A stretch of 64,000 bases of DNA from Roseococcus sp. GTDB lineage: Bacteria; Pseudomonadota; Alphaproteobacteria; Acetobacterales; Acetobacteraceae. Below, piece by piece: positions 26,987-35,313 of the stretch (positions within the stretch are counted from its first letter, which is position 1; each line of letters starts with the position of its first letter). Position numbers and translations under genes: made by a program. A model generated the notes under the pieces. That model was not told the origin of the DNA. It did not search any database and was given only the letters and a program-made list of their open reading frames with translations. The stretch spans positions 134,867 through 198,866 of the forward strand of contig DASYHU010000025.1 in NCBI GenBank assembly GCA_035998215.1, written 5' to 3'.

Positions 26987-27934
26987 CTAACCGGCCGCCA
27001 CGCGGTCGGCCATCTGGGCGTGCCGGCGGCCCATCGGCTTGTCCGGCGCGGTGGTCGTGTCGCGGGCCGTCTGGTGCTCCATCTCGGCGTTCAACTCGCC
27101 CCCCAGCAGGATGACGAGGGCCGAGAGCCAGATCCAGGTCATGAACCCCACCACGGCGCCGAGCGAGCCGTAGGTCTCGTTGAAGCTGCCGAAATTCGCG
27201 ACATACCAGGAAAAGGCGGCCGAGCCGCCCAGCCACGCCACCGAGGCGAAGGCGCTGCCCCAGCTCACCCAGCGCCATTTCGCCCGCGCCCGGCTCGGCC
27301 CCCAGCGGTAGAGGCAGGCCAGCACCAGCCCCACCAGGACCAGCAGCACGGGCCAGCGTCCGTGGCGCAGCAGGCTTTCGGCGGTGCCGCCCAGCCCCAC
27401 CATGCCCAGCACCACCGGCACCGCGACCACGCCCATCATGGTCAGGATGGCGAAGAGAATGAGGCAGAGGGTGAAGGCCAGCGTCACCGCGGTGAAGTGG
27501 ATGAAGCTGCGCTTCTCGCGCTCCTCGTAGACGATGTTCAGCGCGTCGAACATCGCCTTCGCCGCCTGGTTGGACGACCACAGGGAGACGAGCAGGCCGA
27601 GCACGGCGCCCAGTCCCAGCGTGCCGCCGCCGGTCTCGGTCACGCGCGCCACCTGTTCCTCGATGATCTGCATGCCGCCTTCGGGAACGAAGCCGCCCAG
27701 CGCGGAAAGGTGGCCCTGGATGGTCGCGGGGTCCGTCCACAGCGCATAGAGCGAGGCCAGCGCCGCCAGCGCCGGGAACAGCGCCAGCAGGGTGTAGAAG
27801 GTGATGGCGGCGGCCTCCATCATCAGCCGGTCCTCACTGGCCTGCTGGGCGGTGCGCTTCAGGATCTGCCACCAGCCCCGGGGCGGGATCTCGGACGGGC
27901 TCCGCGCGGCGGCACCGGCGGGGGGTGTGGCCAT
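26987..27934 (-). CDS. YihY/BrkB-family integral membrane protein
   Basis: WWQILKRTAQQASEDRLMMEAAAITFYTLLALFPAL ... LWSSNQAAKAMFDALNIVY ... is the typical YihY family sequence. ATG at 27934 (MATPPAG...) is preferred. The ORF could extend to 28123. Confidence 0.8.
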   Translation of the reverse strand: MATPPAGAAARSPSEIPPRGWWQILKRTAQQASEDRLMMEAAAITFYTLLALFPALAALASLYALWTDPATIQGHLSALGGFVPEGGMQIIEEQVARVTETGGGTLGLGAVLGLLVSLWSSNQAAKAMFDALNIVYEEREKRSFIHFTAVTLAFTLCLILFAILTMMGVVAVPVVLGMVGLGGTAESLLRHGRWPVLLVLVGLVLACLYRWGPSRARAKWRWVSWGSAFASVAWLGGSAAFSWYVANFGSFNETYGSLGAVVGFMTWIWLSALVILLGGELNAEMEHQTARDTTTAPDKPMGRRHAQMADRVAAG

Positions 27935-28212
27935 TGCCGGCCGCGGGCATCGCGACGGGGCGGCCGCGCGTGGAGATGAAGTGAGCGAACTGCTCGCAAC
28001 CAGCGCCAGAAGCGCCGCCAGGGCGGCACCGCCGAGCAGCCAGTCGCCCCGTCGCGCGCCACGCCCGTCGTCATGCTGCTCCCAGCCCGCCATGCCCAAT
28101 CCCCGCCTTGCCTGCGAAGCCAACGCCGCAGGAAGGCCCAGGTGGCGCGTGACCGACGATTTCGCGGACGGAGGCGGAGATTCTCGAACGGAGGCCGGGC
28201 TTCAGCGACCCC

Positions 28213-29481
28213 TCAGCCGCGCCCCGGCGCGACCCGCTCCAGGAACTCCGCATAGCCGGCGACCACCGCCCCGTCCGCCTCGACGTGGCGCGACAGGACG
28301 CGCAACGCCGTGAGGTAGCGGCTTTCCAGGCTGAGGGAGAGGAATTCCCTGTCTCCGACCGTGATCCGCGCCAGCTCGGCCTTCACGCCGAGGATGGCGC
28401 GGTATTGGCGCCGGGTCTTGCGGACCTCGACCACACCTGGGCGGTATCCGGCCGCCACCAGGGCCGCCAGCAGCTGCTCGCGGTCGCGCAGCTTCGCATG
28501 GACGTCGTTGAACCGAGCGAAGATTCCAGACAGGCGCTGGGCGCGCGCGGGAAAGGCCAGGCGGAGGCTTGGCCCGAAGGCGCAGAACTCGTCGAAGGCC
28601 TCGATGACGGGCTTCACCTTCAGCCCCCCGCCGCGCAGCTTGATGTTGTCCCGCTTGCCATGGACGAAGAGGTAGGTGTCCGCCTCCGTCTCCTCGTCGC
28701 CCGGCCGGGCCGCGCCGGCGAGGTCGAGCGCGGTGGGCAGGAAGGGGCGCGCGCCGGCCGGCCAGAAGGCCCGCCATTCCCAGCGGGCGCCAGGGCGCGG
28801 CGCCGCCCTCGGGCGGCCCTCGGGCCAGAGGACATAGGCGCGCAGCCTCTCCCGCAGGCGGGCCAGCGTGGCCGAGACGCCGCGCCCCAGCAGTTCCATC
28901 CGGCCGATCGCCTCGATCCGCGCCGCATGCCGGGCCTGCCACGTCTCGGGCGCGGGCAGGGCCAGGATATCGGCCATCCTCCCGGAGGCGTGCAGCACCG
29001 AGACCAGAGCCGCCTGTTCGGGCGAGGGCAGGTCGTCGCCCTCCACCAGCGCGCGGATCGTGGCACGCAGCGCGGCCGGCGCGCGCAGGTCGCGCAGCTG
29101 GGGCCGGGCCTGGCAGAAGCCCCATGGCAGCGGCGCCCGCCCGGCCTCCAGATACCCCCGGGTCTGCAACGCCGCCAGGATCTCCGCCCGCACATCTCCG
29201 ATGCGGCCCAGAATGGCCTCGATCACGGGTTCAATCGGCGCCGGCCCGTCCAGCAGCGGGGTAAGGAAGGGCGGCAGAGATCCACGCCCCATCCGGGTGA
29301 CGCTGTGCAGGTCCGTGTCCACCTCGCCCCGCAGCGAGAGGTCCATCAGCTGCGCGGCGGCCAGGGGATAATCCAGGTCGGACCACCAGACGACGTCGCG
29401 CGGGACGGGTGGCAGGGACAGGCGGAGGATTTCGAGCGCCTCGGCCGTGGAAAGCCCGGCGGGCCCCAGCAATGCGTCCAT
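28213..29481 (-). CDS. Two-domain protein: N-terminal GPP34/GOLPH3-like domain fused to a C-terminal CYTH-like (triphosphate tunnel) domain
   Basis: 422-aa ORF. The N-terminal half (LSTAEALEILRLSL ... PLAAAQLMDLSLRGEV ... EQAALVSVLHASG) resembles bacterial GPP34-family proteins. The C-terminal half (RWEWRAFW ... DTYLF ... NIKLRGGGLKVK ... VEVRKTRRQYR ... KAELARITVGDREFLSLSLES) resembles the beta-strand pattern of CYTH domains. Both assignments are by eye. Confidence 0.45.
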   Translation of the reverse strand: MDALLGPAGLSTAEALEILRLSLPPVPRDVVWWSDLDYPLAAAQLMDLSLRGEVDTDLHSVTRMGRGSLPPFLTPLLDGPAPIEPVIEAILGRIGDVRAEILAALQTRGYLEAGRAPLPWGFCQARPQLRDLRAPAALRATIRALVEGDDLPSPEQAALVSVLHASGRMADILALPAPETWQARHAARIEAIGRMELLGRGVSATLARLRERLRAYVLWPEGRPRAAPRPGARWEWRAFWPAGARPFLPTALDLAGAARPGDEETEADTYLFVHGKRDNIKLRGGGLKVKPVIEAFDEFCAFGPSLRLAFPARAQRLSGIFARFNDVHAKLRDREQLLAALVAAGYRPGVVEVRKTRRQYRAILGVKAELARITVGDREFLSLSLESRYLTALRVLSRHVEADGAVVAGYAEFLERVAPGRG

Positions 29482-29484
29482 GGT

Positions 29485-29534
29485 CCGGTTGCCTCCCCTG
29501 GATGGGAATGGAACACCAGGGCCTGGGCAACCGG
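29485..29534 (-). promoter_or_regulatory. Stable stem-loop enclosing the Shine-Dalgarno sequence of the GPP34-CYTH gene
   Basis: Plus strand: CCGGTTGCC-tc-CCCTGG-(14 nt)-CCAGGG-cct-GGCAACCGG. On the mRNA the 3' arm reads CCAGGGGAGGCAACCGG-ACC-AUG, so the GGAGG lies inside the stem, 4 nt from the start codon. Confidence 0.45.
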
Positions 29535-29599
29535 AAGTCCCCGTCGCGCGGTAAGAAACGGCGGGGTTGCAACACTTACGTGCCGGGTCGTGGCGGGCC

Positions 29600-30748
29600 C
29601 TATCGGATGGGCGGCGAGAACTGGAGACCGCCCTGGTTCCACAGCAGGTTCATCCCGCGCTCCACACCCAGGGGGCCGATGTTGCGCTCCCAGATTTCCC
29701 GGTAGTTCCCCACCTGCCGGATGACGCGCGCGCCCCAGTCGGGATCGAGGCCCAGCATCTCGCCCGAGCGGCCCTGGCGGCCGAACAGGCGCTGCACATC
29801 CTGGCTCGCGGCCGCGAGGTTCTGGGCCGGCCCGGTGCGAAGCTGCTCCACCACGGTGCTGTCCAGGCCCATTTCCTCAGCCGTCAGCATCACGAAATGG
29901 GTCCAGCGGGCGATGCGCGAAAGCCGAAGGTCCTCCTGCCGCAGCACGGGGCCGAGAGGCTCCTTCGAGATCACCTCGAAGAGCAGCGCGAAGCGCGAGG
30001 CGCGGCTGCCCTGCTGCGCCATGAAGCCGGCCAGGCCCGTGCTGTCGCCCGTCAGCGCGTCGCATTGCTGGGCCAGAAAGGCCGCACGCGCCGCCTCCCC
30101 GCTCGGCGCGCGGGCCAGGTTGATGCGCAGCCCGGCCCGCGTCATGTGCTCGACGAGCTGCTGCTCGGAGGTGGTGCCGCCCTCGACGCAGATGGTGGCG
30201 CCCTCAAGCTGCTGCACGCGGGTCACCCCGCGCTCACGGCGCACCAGGAAGCCCTGGCCGTCATAGTAGGTCGTGGCGGGGAAGATCACGCCCTCGCCCG
30301 CCTCGCGCTCCAGCGTCCAGGTCGTGTTGCGCGCCAGCAGGTCCACCTCGCCGGCGCGCAGCCGCGCGAAACGGTCCGCGGCCGGGATGGGGACGAAGCG
30401 CACCCGGGCCGGGTCGCCCAGGATGGCCGAGGCGATGCCGCGGCAGAAATCCGCGTCCAGCCCCTGCCAGGCGCCGCGCGCGCCCTGCACGGCGAAGCCG
30501 GGGGCGGCCGGCGCCACCCCGCAAAGCACGTGGCCCCGCGCGCGAATGGCGTCCACCGCATCGGGGGCCGGCGCCGACGCCGTGGGCGGGGCAGGCTGCG
30601 CCGAACCGGGCCGTGGCGCGGCGGCGAGCAAGGCCGCCACCCCCAGCGCCGTGCCCAGCAGGCCACGGGCCGCGCGGCGCAGGGCGCGCATGTCGAATGT
30701 GCCAGCCATCATCATGTTCTGTCCTTCGGGATTGGTGCTTCGCGTCAT
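29600..30748 (-). CDS. Periplasmic amino-acid-binding protein, AapJ/BztA-like (orphan, no adjacent permease or ATPase)
   Basis: 382-aa ORF. Signal peptide ...LGVAALLAAAPRPGSAQ, then IRARGHVLCGV ... GLDADFCRGIASAILGD ... RNTTWTLERE ... YYDGQGF ..., typical of general L-amino-acid binding proteins. Internal Met starts at MMMAG are possible. Confidence 0.75.
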   Translation of the reverse strand: MTRSTNPEGQNMMMAGTFDMRALRRAARGLLGTALGVAALLAAAPRPGSAQPAPPTASAPAPDAVDAIRARGHVLCGVAPAAPGFAVQGARGAWQGLDADFCRGIASAILGDPARVRFVPIPAADRFARLRAGEVDLLARNTTWTLEREAGEGVIFPATTYYDGQGFLVRRERGVTRVQQLEGATICVEGGTTSEQQLVEHMTRAGLRINLARAPSGEAARAAFLAQQCDALTGDSTGLAGFMAQQGSRASRFALLFEVISKEPLGPVLRQEDLRLSRIARWTHFVMLTAEEMGLDSTVVEQLRTGPAQNLAAASQDVQRLFGRQGRSGEMLGLDPDWGARVIRQVGNYREIWERNIGPLGVERGMNLLWNQGGLQFSPPIR

Positions 30749-30751
30749 GCG

Positions 30752-31738
30752 TCAGGCCGGGCCGTCGGCCATGCGCCGGAGCCAGCTTGCGGAGCGGAAG
30801 GGCCAGATGCCCTCGGGCCGCGCCGCCAGCCCCTCGGCCTCGGCGAGGCGCGCGGCCCTTTGCTCGGCCTCGGCGGCGGTGACGCGCACCCCGCTGAGCC
30901 GGCGGTAGAGCTTCGCGCCGTTCTTCACATCGCCCTTGGCAAGGCGTCCCTTGCGATCCTGCACGGAGCGCAGGTAGGCAAGGGTGTCGCGTTCCAGCTG
31001 GCGGCCCGGGAGGCTGCCGGCGGCATCGGCGGTGGCCTCCAGCGCCTGTTGCGCCTCGGTGGCGCTGAGGCCGAACTCCGTGACGCCACGGCTGAGCAGC
31101 GCGAGGTCCGAGGCCGGGTCATGCCCGCCGGTGGCGTTGCGCAGCCGGGCAAGCTCGGTGAAGGCCCGCGCATCGCGCGGCGGGCCCTCCGCCTCCTGCG
31201 GGGCCAGCATGGCGCCGGTGCCGAGGGCCGCCGCGGCCGTCAGCCGGGCGGCGGGCTCCACCCCTTCGGCGCGGAAGCCGCGCGGCACGCAGGTGGCGCA
31301 GGGCAGGACGCGCACGGAGCTGTCCAGCTCCATCAGCTTGATCTCGATCTGCAGGTCGGGGTGGCGGGCGCGCACCGCGGCCGCCGCGCGGTTCAGCACC
31401 TCGCCATGCACGCGCAGCTCGTCGGCCGGATCGGCGGAGAGGCGCCGTCCGGCCCAGAGATGCATGGCCCCGCAGTCGCGGTGGTTCAGGAAGGTGACGG
31501 TGCGGATGCCGTGCAACTGGCGCGACGCGGCGAGGTTGTCGAACAGCGCGCGCGACCAGGCCGCGTTGTGCTCCTCCAGCGCGGCCAGGGCGCCGCCCGC
31601 GATCCGCATCTCGCTGTAGCGGTCGGTGCGGCCGAGCGCCGAGAAATAGAAGGTGGTGTCATCGGTGAGGCGCGGGTCAATGCAGGACACCAGGAAGGTG
31701 TCCGCGGCACGGGGCGTCTCGTTCGAGGCATTTTGCAT
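30752..31738 (-). CDS. Beta-carbonic-anhydrase-like domain protein with a C-terminal uncharacterised helical module
   Basis: 328 codons from MQNASNETP (ATG at 31738). SCIDPR (CxDxR), EMRIAGGA and FLNHRDCGAM (HxxCG) reproduce the beta-CA zinc-ligand and Asp-Arg dyad pattern. Residues ~188-328 align by eye with the whole product of 34789..35220. Confidence 0.55.
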   Translation of the reverse strand: MQNASNETPRAADTFLVSCIDPRLTDDTTFYFSALGRTDRYSEMRIAGGALAALEEHNAAWSRALFDNLAASRQLHGIRTVTFLNHRDCGAMHLWAGRRLSADPADELRVHGEVLNRAAAAVRARHPDLQIEIKLMELDSSVRVLPCATCVPRGFRAEGVEPAARLTAAAALGTGAMLAPQEAEGPPRDARAFTELARLRNATGGHDPASDLALLSRGVTEFGLSATEAQQALEATADAAGSLPGRQLERDTLAYLRSVQDRKGRLAKGDVKNGAKLYRRLSGVRVTAAEAEQRAARLAEAEGLAARPEGIWPFRSASWLRRMADGPA

Positions 31739-31740
31739 CG

Positions 31741-32154
31741 TCAGTAGACCTTTTCGACATGGGCGATACCGGAGAGGCGGTGGTGCAGGTGGGGGAAGGA
31801 CAGGCCGGTCGCGTAGATCAGCGCGACACCGGTCAGCAGGCCGGTGAGGAGGCCGGATGCGCTCCAGCCGCCGCCCATTCCCGTCAGGCCCGAGATGGCC
31901 ATCCAGCTGGCGAAGAGCGTGGCCGCCACCAGCAGCACGCCGCGCCACTTCAGGACGCCCAGCACGCTGGCGATGACCATGGCGTGCAGGCCCACCAGCG
32001 CCATGCCCACCGCAAACTTGAGCCAGAAGCCGCCTTCGCCCAGCCAAAGCCAGTGCCAATAGGAATGGCCGCTCGGGTTGTAGACGGCGAAGACGATGAA
32101 GAAGCCGAACAGGATCCGTGCGATGAGCGAGGTCCAGTCGAAGGGGTGGCTCAT
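31741..32154 (-). CDS. Small integral membrane protein (about four predicted TM helices), unknown function
   Basis: 137-aa ORF. Hydrophobic segments ILFGFFIVFAVY, FWLKFAVGMALVGLHAMVIASVLGVL, VLLVAATLFASWMAISGL and LLTGLLTGVALIYATGL. ATGA overlap with the upstream gene, and 2 nt before the downstream gene. Confidence 0.6.
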   Translation of the reverse strand: MSHPFDWTSLIARILFGFFIVFAVYNPSGHSYWHWLWLGEGGFWLKFAVGMALVGLHAMVIASVLGVLKWRGVLLVAATLFASWMAISGLTGMGGGWSASGLLTGLLTGVALIYATGLSFPHLHHRLSGIAHVEKVY

Positions 32155-33263
32155 GGCATGGCCCTCCCCAGCGGGGCGGCCGCGCCCAGGGTTTCGCAGC
32201 CGCGCGCAGGCGGGCGCAGCGCCACGCGGCGCGCGGCCAGCGTGGCCGCGGCCAGGTCCTGCGCGCCGGCCGCGATACCCTGCTCGGCGGCCTCCAGCAC
32301 GCGCAGCGCCTGCGCCTCGAACTCGCCGCGGTGCAGCGCCGAATCCAGGCGGCTCAGGCCCCAGTCGAGCGTCCAGGAGGCGCCCATGCCGGCCGCGGCC
32401 CCCAACGCGACGCCCGAAGCGCCGCCCATGGCGAAGCCCAACGCCCCGGCGGCCGCGACGATGGAGCCTGCCTCGCTGGCCCGCAGCACCGCCGCGCCCA
32501 CGCGCGCGGCCATGGGCCGGATGGTCCGCAGCAAGGTGACGCCGGCATCACCGGGATGCAGGGCACCCACCGCCGCCGGCGGGACCGCGAGGTCGGGCAC
32601 GAGGGACTGTCCCGCCGCCCGCAGGTCCAGACGCGCCGCCACGGGCGCGCCGGGTGCGGCAGCCGCCTCCAGCGCGGCCAGCATCGCCGCTTCACGCCGC
32701 AGCGCCGCCTGCCACGCCAGGTCCAGCACCCCCGCCGCGTGGCGCAGGTCGGCCAGCAGGCCATCGGCGAGGTCCGGCGGCAGCACACGCGCGCCGAACG
32801 CCTCGCGCATGGGCTGCGAGACCTCCTCGACGAGGCGCTCGGCCCAGCCCGCCTGGTCGGCCTCGGGGGTGGGGGCGACGAGGCCGCGCAGCATGCGCCC
32901 CAGCACCTGGTAGGACGTGACGTAGGACTGCACCCAGCCATAGGCCCAGTCACCGAAGGCCGGCACGCGCTCACGCGCCTCGGCGAGGCGGGCGGCGGCG
33001 GCATCGGCCATCAGGCGCCCGGCCATGGCCGCGAGCCGCTCCGCCTCCTCGGCCAGGCGTGTCTCGACCCCGGCCAGGGCGGCGGCGGGCAGGATGCGCG
33101 CCACGCAGGCACCATCGGGCGCGATGACGGCGACCGCCAGTCGCGCCTCTGCGCGGCTGCCCGAAAGGCCCGCCAGCAGCGCCGCGCCGCCCAGAAGCAG
33201 CAGGCCCGACAGCGACGCGGGCAGCCCGCGCCTTCTCCAAGTTCGGCGCCCGGCCAAATTCAT
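32151..33263 (-). CDS. N-terminally anchored hypothetical protein with a Gly/Ala-rich C-terminal segment
   Basis: 370-aa ORF. RRRGLPASLSGLLLLGGAALLAGL anchor or signal, an Ala-rich helical body, then GSIVAAAGALGFAMGGASGVALGAAAGMGASW. I recognise no family. Coding is supported by tight coupling to downstream genes. Confidence 0.5.
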   Translation of the reverse strand: MNLAGRRTWRRRGLPASLSGLLLLGGAALLAGLSGSRAEARLAVAVIAPDGACVARILPAAALAGVETRLAEEAERLAAMAGRLMADAAAARLAEARERVPAFGDWAYGWVQSYVTSYQVLGRMLRGLVAPTPEADQAGWAERLVEEVSQPMREAFGARVLPPDLADGLLADLRHAAGVLDLAWQAALRREAAMLAALEAAAAPGAPVAARLDLRAAGQSLVPDLAVPPAAVGALHPGDAGVTLLRTIRPMAARVGAAVLRASEAGSIVAAAGALGFAMGGASGVALGAAAGMGASWTLDWGLSRLDSALHRGEFEAQALRVLEAAEQGIAAGAQDLAAATLAARRVALRPPARGCETLGAAAPLGRAMP

Positions 33264-33307
33264 GCTAACCTTCCTGCCATGGGCATTGGCTGGAAGATTG
33301 GAGCTTC

Positions 33308-33946
33308 GTGATGGCCACCGAGGTCGCGATGCGGCTGAGCGAGGCGCTGCTTATGGGCTTGCCCGCCTGGCTGGCGCTTGGCGCCGCCTGGCTGTGCGGC
33401 TGGCGGCTGCGCGACATGGCCTGGCTTGGGGATGCGCGCTGGGCGGCATCCCTGGCACTCGCGGCGGGGACGGCGCTCGGCCTCGCGCTGGTGGCGGCGA
33501 GCCCCCATGCGCGGGAGTTCGCGCCACACCGAATCTTCGCGCCCGACGCCATGTGGGCGGCGAGCCTCGGCGAATTGCTGGGACGCGAGGCGTGGCCCGG
33601 CCCCGTGGCCGCCGCGCGACTCCTGGCCCGGCTGCCGGGCGACGTCCCTGGGGCGCTGGCCGTCCTGGTGGGTCTTATGCTCCTGGCCGGGTTGGCCGGC
33701 CTCTGGGCGCGCAACCGCGGGCTGCCGGCCGGGCGAGGTGTCGCCGCGCTCGCCCTGCTGGTCCTGGCCGGCGCGCTGGGCGCGCACCTGCTGGTGCATC
33801 TTGGCGCCTGGGGCGTGCGGCGCCTCAGCTTCTGGACCTTCCTGGTGCTGCTGCTGGCCTTCCAGCAGTGGCGGTGGCACCGGCGCTGGGCCCGCCTGGG
33901 CTGGGCCTTGCGCGGGATGCATCGGTCGGAGCTGGCGCCGGGCTGA
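33308..33946 (+). CDS. Polytopic membrane protein, unknown function
   Basis: 212-aa ORF with a GTG start. It has several hydrophobic helices (LPAWLALGAAWLCGW, SLALAAGTALGLALVAA, LAVLVGLMLLAGLAGLW, VAALALLVLAGALGAHLLVHLGAW, FWTFLVLLLAF). It is divergent from 32151..33263. Confidence is limited because GC-rich shadow ORFs are common here. Confidence 0.4.
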   Translation: MMATEVAMRLSEALLMGLPAWLALGAAWLCGWRLRDMAWLGDARWAASLALAAGTALGLALVAASPHAREFAPHRIFAPDAMWAASLGELLGREAWPGPVAAARLLARLPGDVPGALAVLVGLMLLAGLAGLWARNRGLPAGRGVAALALLVLAGALGAHLLVHLGAWGVRRLSFWTFLVLLLAFQQWRWHRRWARLGWALRGMHRSELAPG

Positions 33947-33966
33947 GGCGCTAGGGGCCCTGCGCA

Positions 33967-34776
33967 TCATTGCACCTGCATCAGTTCAAGGAAGGGCCGG
34001 GCGGAGAGCAGCGCGGGATCGCCGGCCAGCGGGTGTGCAAGCTTCACCGCCACCAGCAGCACCCCGCCCACGATCAGCGCCGTCACGGCCCCCATCGCGA
34101 TGTGCAGGCCCCGGTTGGGCCCGCCGAAGAACCACTGGAAGCTGATGACCGCGACCGAGACCATCATCACCAGGAACCAGATCAGCCCCGACAGCGTCCG
34201 CGACGTGACCGAGAGCCGGCCGATGCGCGCGTCGCCCACCTGCGCGATCCATTGCGTGGTGTTCTGCAGCAGCGCACCCTGCCCCTGCGTCAGCGGCTCG
34301 GCATCGAGGAAGGCGCGCGCCAGGCGCTGGAAGGCCGCGTCGGAGCCGACCGAGGGGATGCCAGCCTGCAGCGAGGGCCAGTCCAGCGCCACCACATCGC
34401 CGGCATAGCCGCGGATCGCGCCCCGCATGGCCTCGCGCAGCGGGGCCTGTTCGGCCAGGCTGAAGCTGTCCACGCTGAGCGCCAGCATGTAGAGGCCGCC
34501 CACCTCCTGCTGGAGCACGTCGCGCATCGTCGAGTAGATGTCCCAGGCGCCGACCAGCGTCAGCGCCGCCACGGCCGCGTAGATCTCGACCACGAAGCCG
34601 TATTTCACCGAGGCCATGAAGGCGTTCTGGGTGAATTCCTGCTGCGTGAAGATGCCCGAGATCACGCTGCCCACCAGCAGCGCGATCAGGACCGGGACGC
34701 CCACCGCGGCCAGCGCGGCGAGCGGCAAGGGCAACCCGGCCAGCGCGATGGTCAGGGAGCTGTCGAGGAAGAGCAT
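33967..34776 (-). CDS. DUF4239-like membrane protein (TM pairs at both ends, soluble middle)
   Basis: 269-aa ORF. N-terminal LTIALAGLPLPLAALAAVGVPVLIALLVGSVISGIF and VEIYAAVAALTLVGAW. C-terminal LIWFLVMMVSVAVISF and AMGAVTALIVGGVLLVAV. The topology and length match my recollection of DUF4239. Confidence 0.5.
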   Translation of the reverse strand: MLFLDSSLTIALAGLPLPLAALAAVGVPVLIALLVGSVISGIFTQQEFTQNAFMASVKYGFVVEIYAAVAALTLVGAWDIYSTMRDVLQQEVGGLYMLALSVDSFSLAEQAPLREAMRGAIRGYAGDVVALDWPSLQAGIPSVGSDAAFQRLARAFLDAEPLTQGQGALLQNTTQWIAQVGDARIGRLSVTSRTLSGLIWFLVMMVSVAVISFQWFFGGPNRGLHIAMGAVTALIVGGVLLVAVKLAHPLAGDPALLSARPFLELMQVQ

Positions 34777-34788
34777 GGCGTGCGCCGC

Positions 34789-35220
34789 CTACGCTTCGAT
34801 TGCGCGGTACCAGCGGCGGGTCCGCAGCAGCCGGCCGCTTCGCCGCGGCTGCAGCTCCATCTCCTCCATGAGGCGCTTCACCCGCCGCTCGGCCTCGGCC
34901 TGCGACAGGCCAGCCCCCGCGCGCATGCGGTAAAAGCTCGCGACCTTGCCGAAATCCTCGCGCGAGATGCGGCCATGCCGGTCGGCCATGGTGCGAAGCA
35001 ATTGCCCGCCCGAACGGCTGAGATCCCCCTCCAGCGCGATCTCCGTGCCCTCGGCATGGGCGCGCACCACGCCCGTGGCCTCCTCCAGCGTCAGGCCGTA
35101 GCGGCCGACACCCTCCTCCAGCAGCCGGCGCTCCTGCTCGCGGTCCAGGAAGCGGCGGCCCTGCATGTGCAGCTTCACGAGCTCGGCGAAGCGCGCGCTG
35201 GCGCGGCCTTCATGCAACAT
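34789..35220 (-). CDS. Small soluble helical protein homologous to the C-terminal module of 30752..31738
   Basis: 143-aa ORF. FAELVKL ... LLEEGVGRYGLTLEEA ... LLRTMADRHGRISREDF ... FYRMRAGAGLSQAEAERRVKRLMEE aligns by eye with FTELARL ... LLSRGVTEFGLSATEA ... YLRSVQDRKGRLAKGDV ... LYRRLSGVRVTAAEAEQRAARLAEA. Confidence 0.55.
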   Translation of the reverse strand: MLHEGRASARFAELVKLHMQGRRFLDREQERRLLEEGVGRYGLTLEEATGVVRAHAEGTEIALEGDLSRSGGQLLRTMADRHGRISREDFGKVASFYRMRAGAGLSQAEAERRVKRLMEEMELQPRRSGRLLRTRRWYRAIEA

Positions 35221-35313
35221 CGGTCAGCCTCCTCCGGTTGGAGGGAGGGACGCAGGGCGGACAGGCCGCCATTCGGGGCAAGTGGTCCATTTTGGGCCTC
35301 TTCGGAAGAAGGT

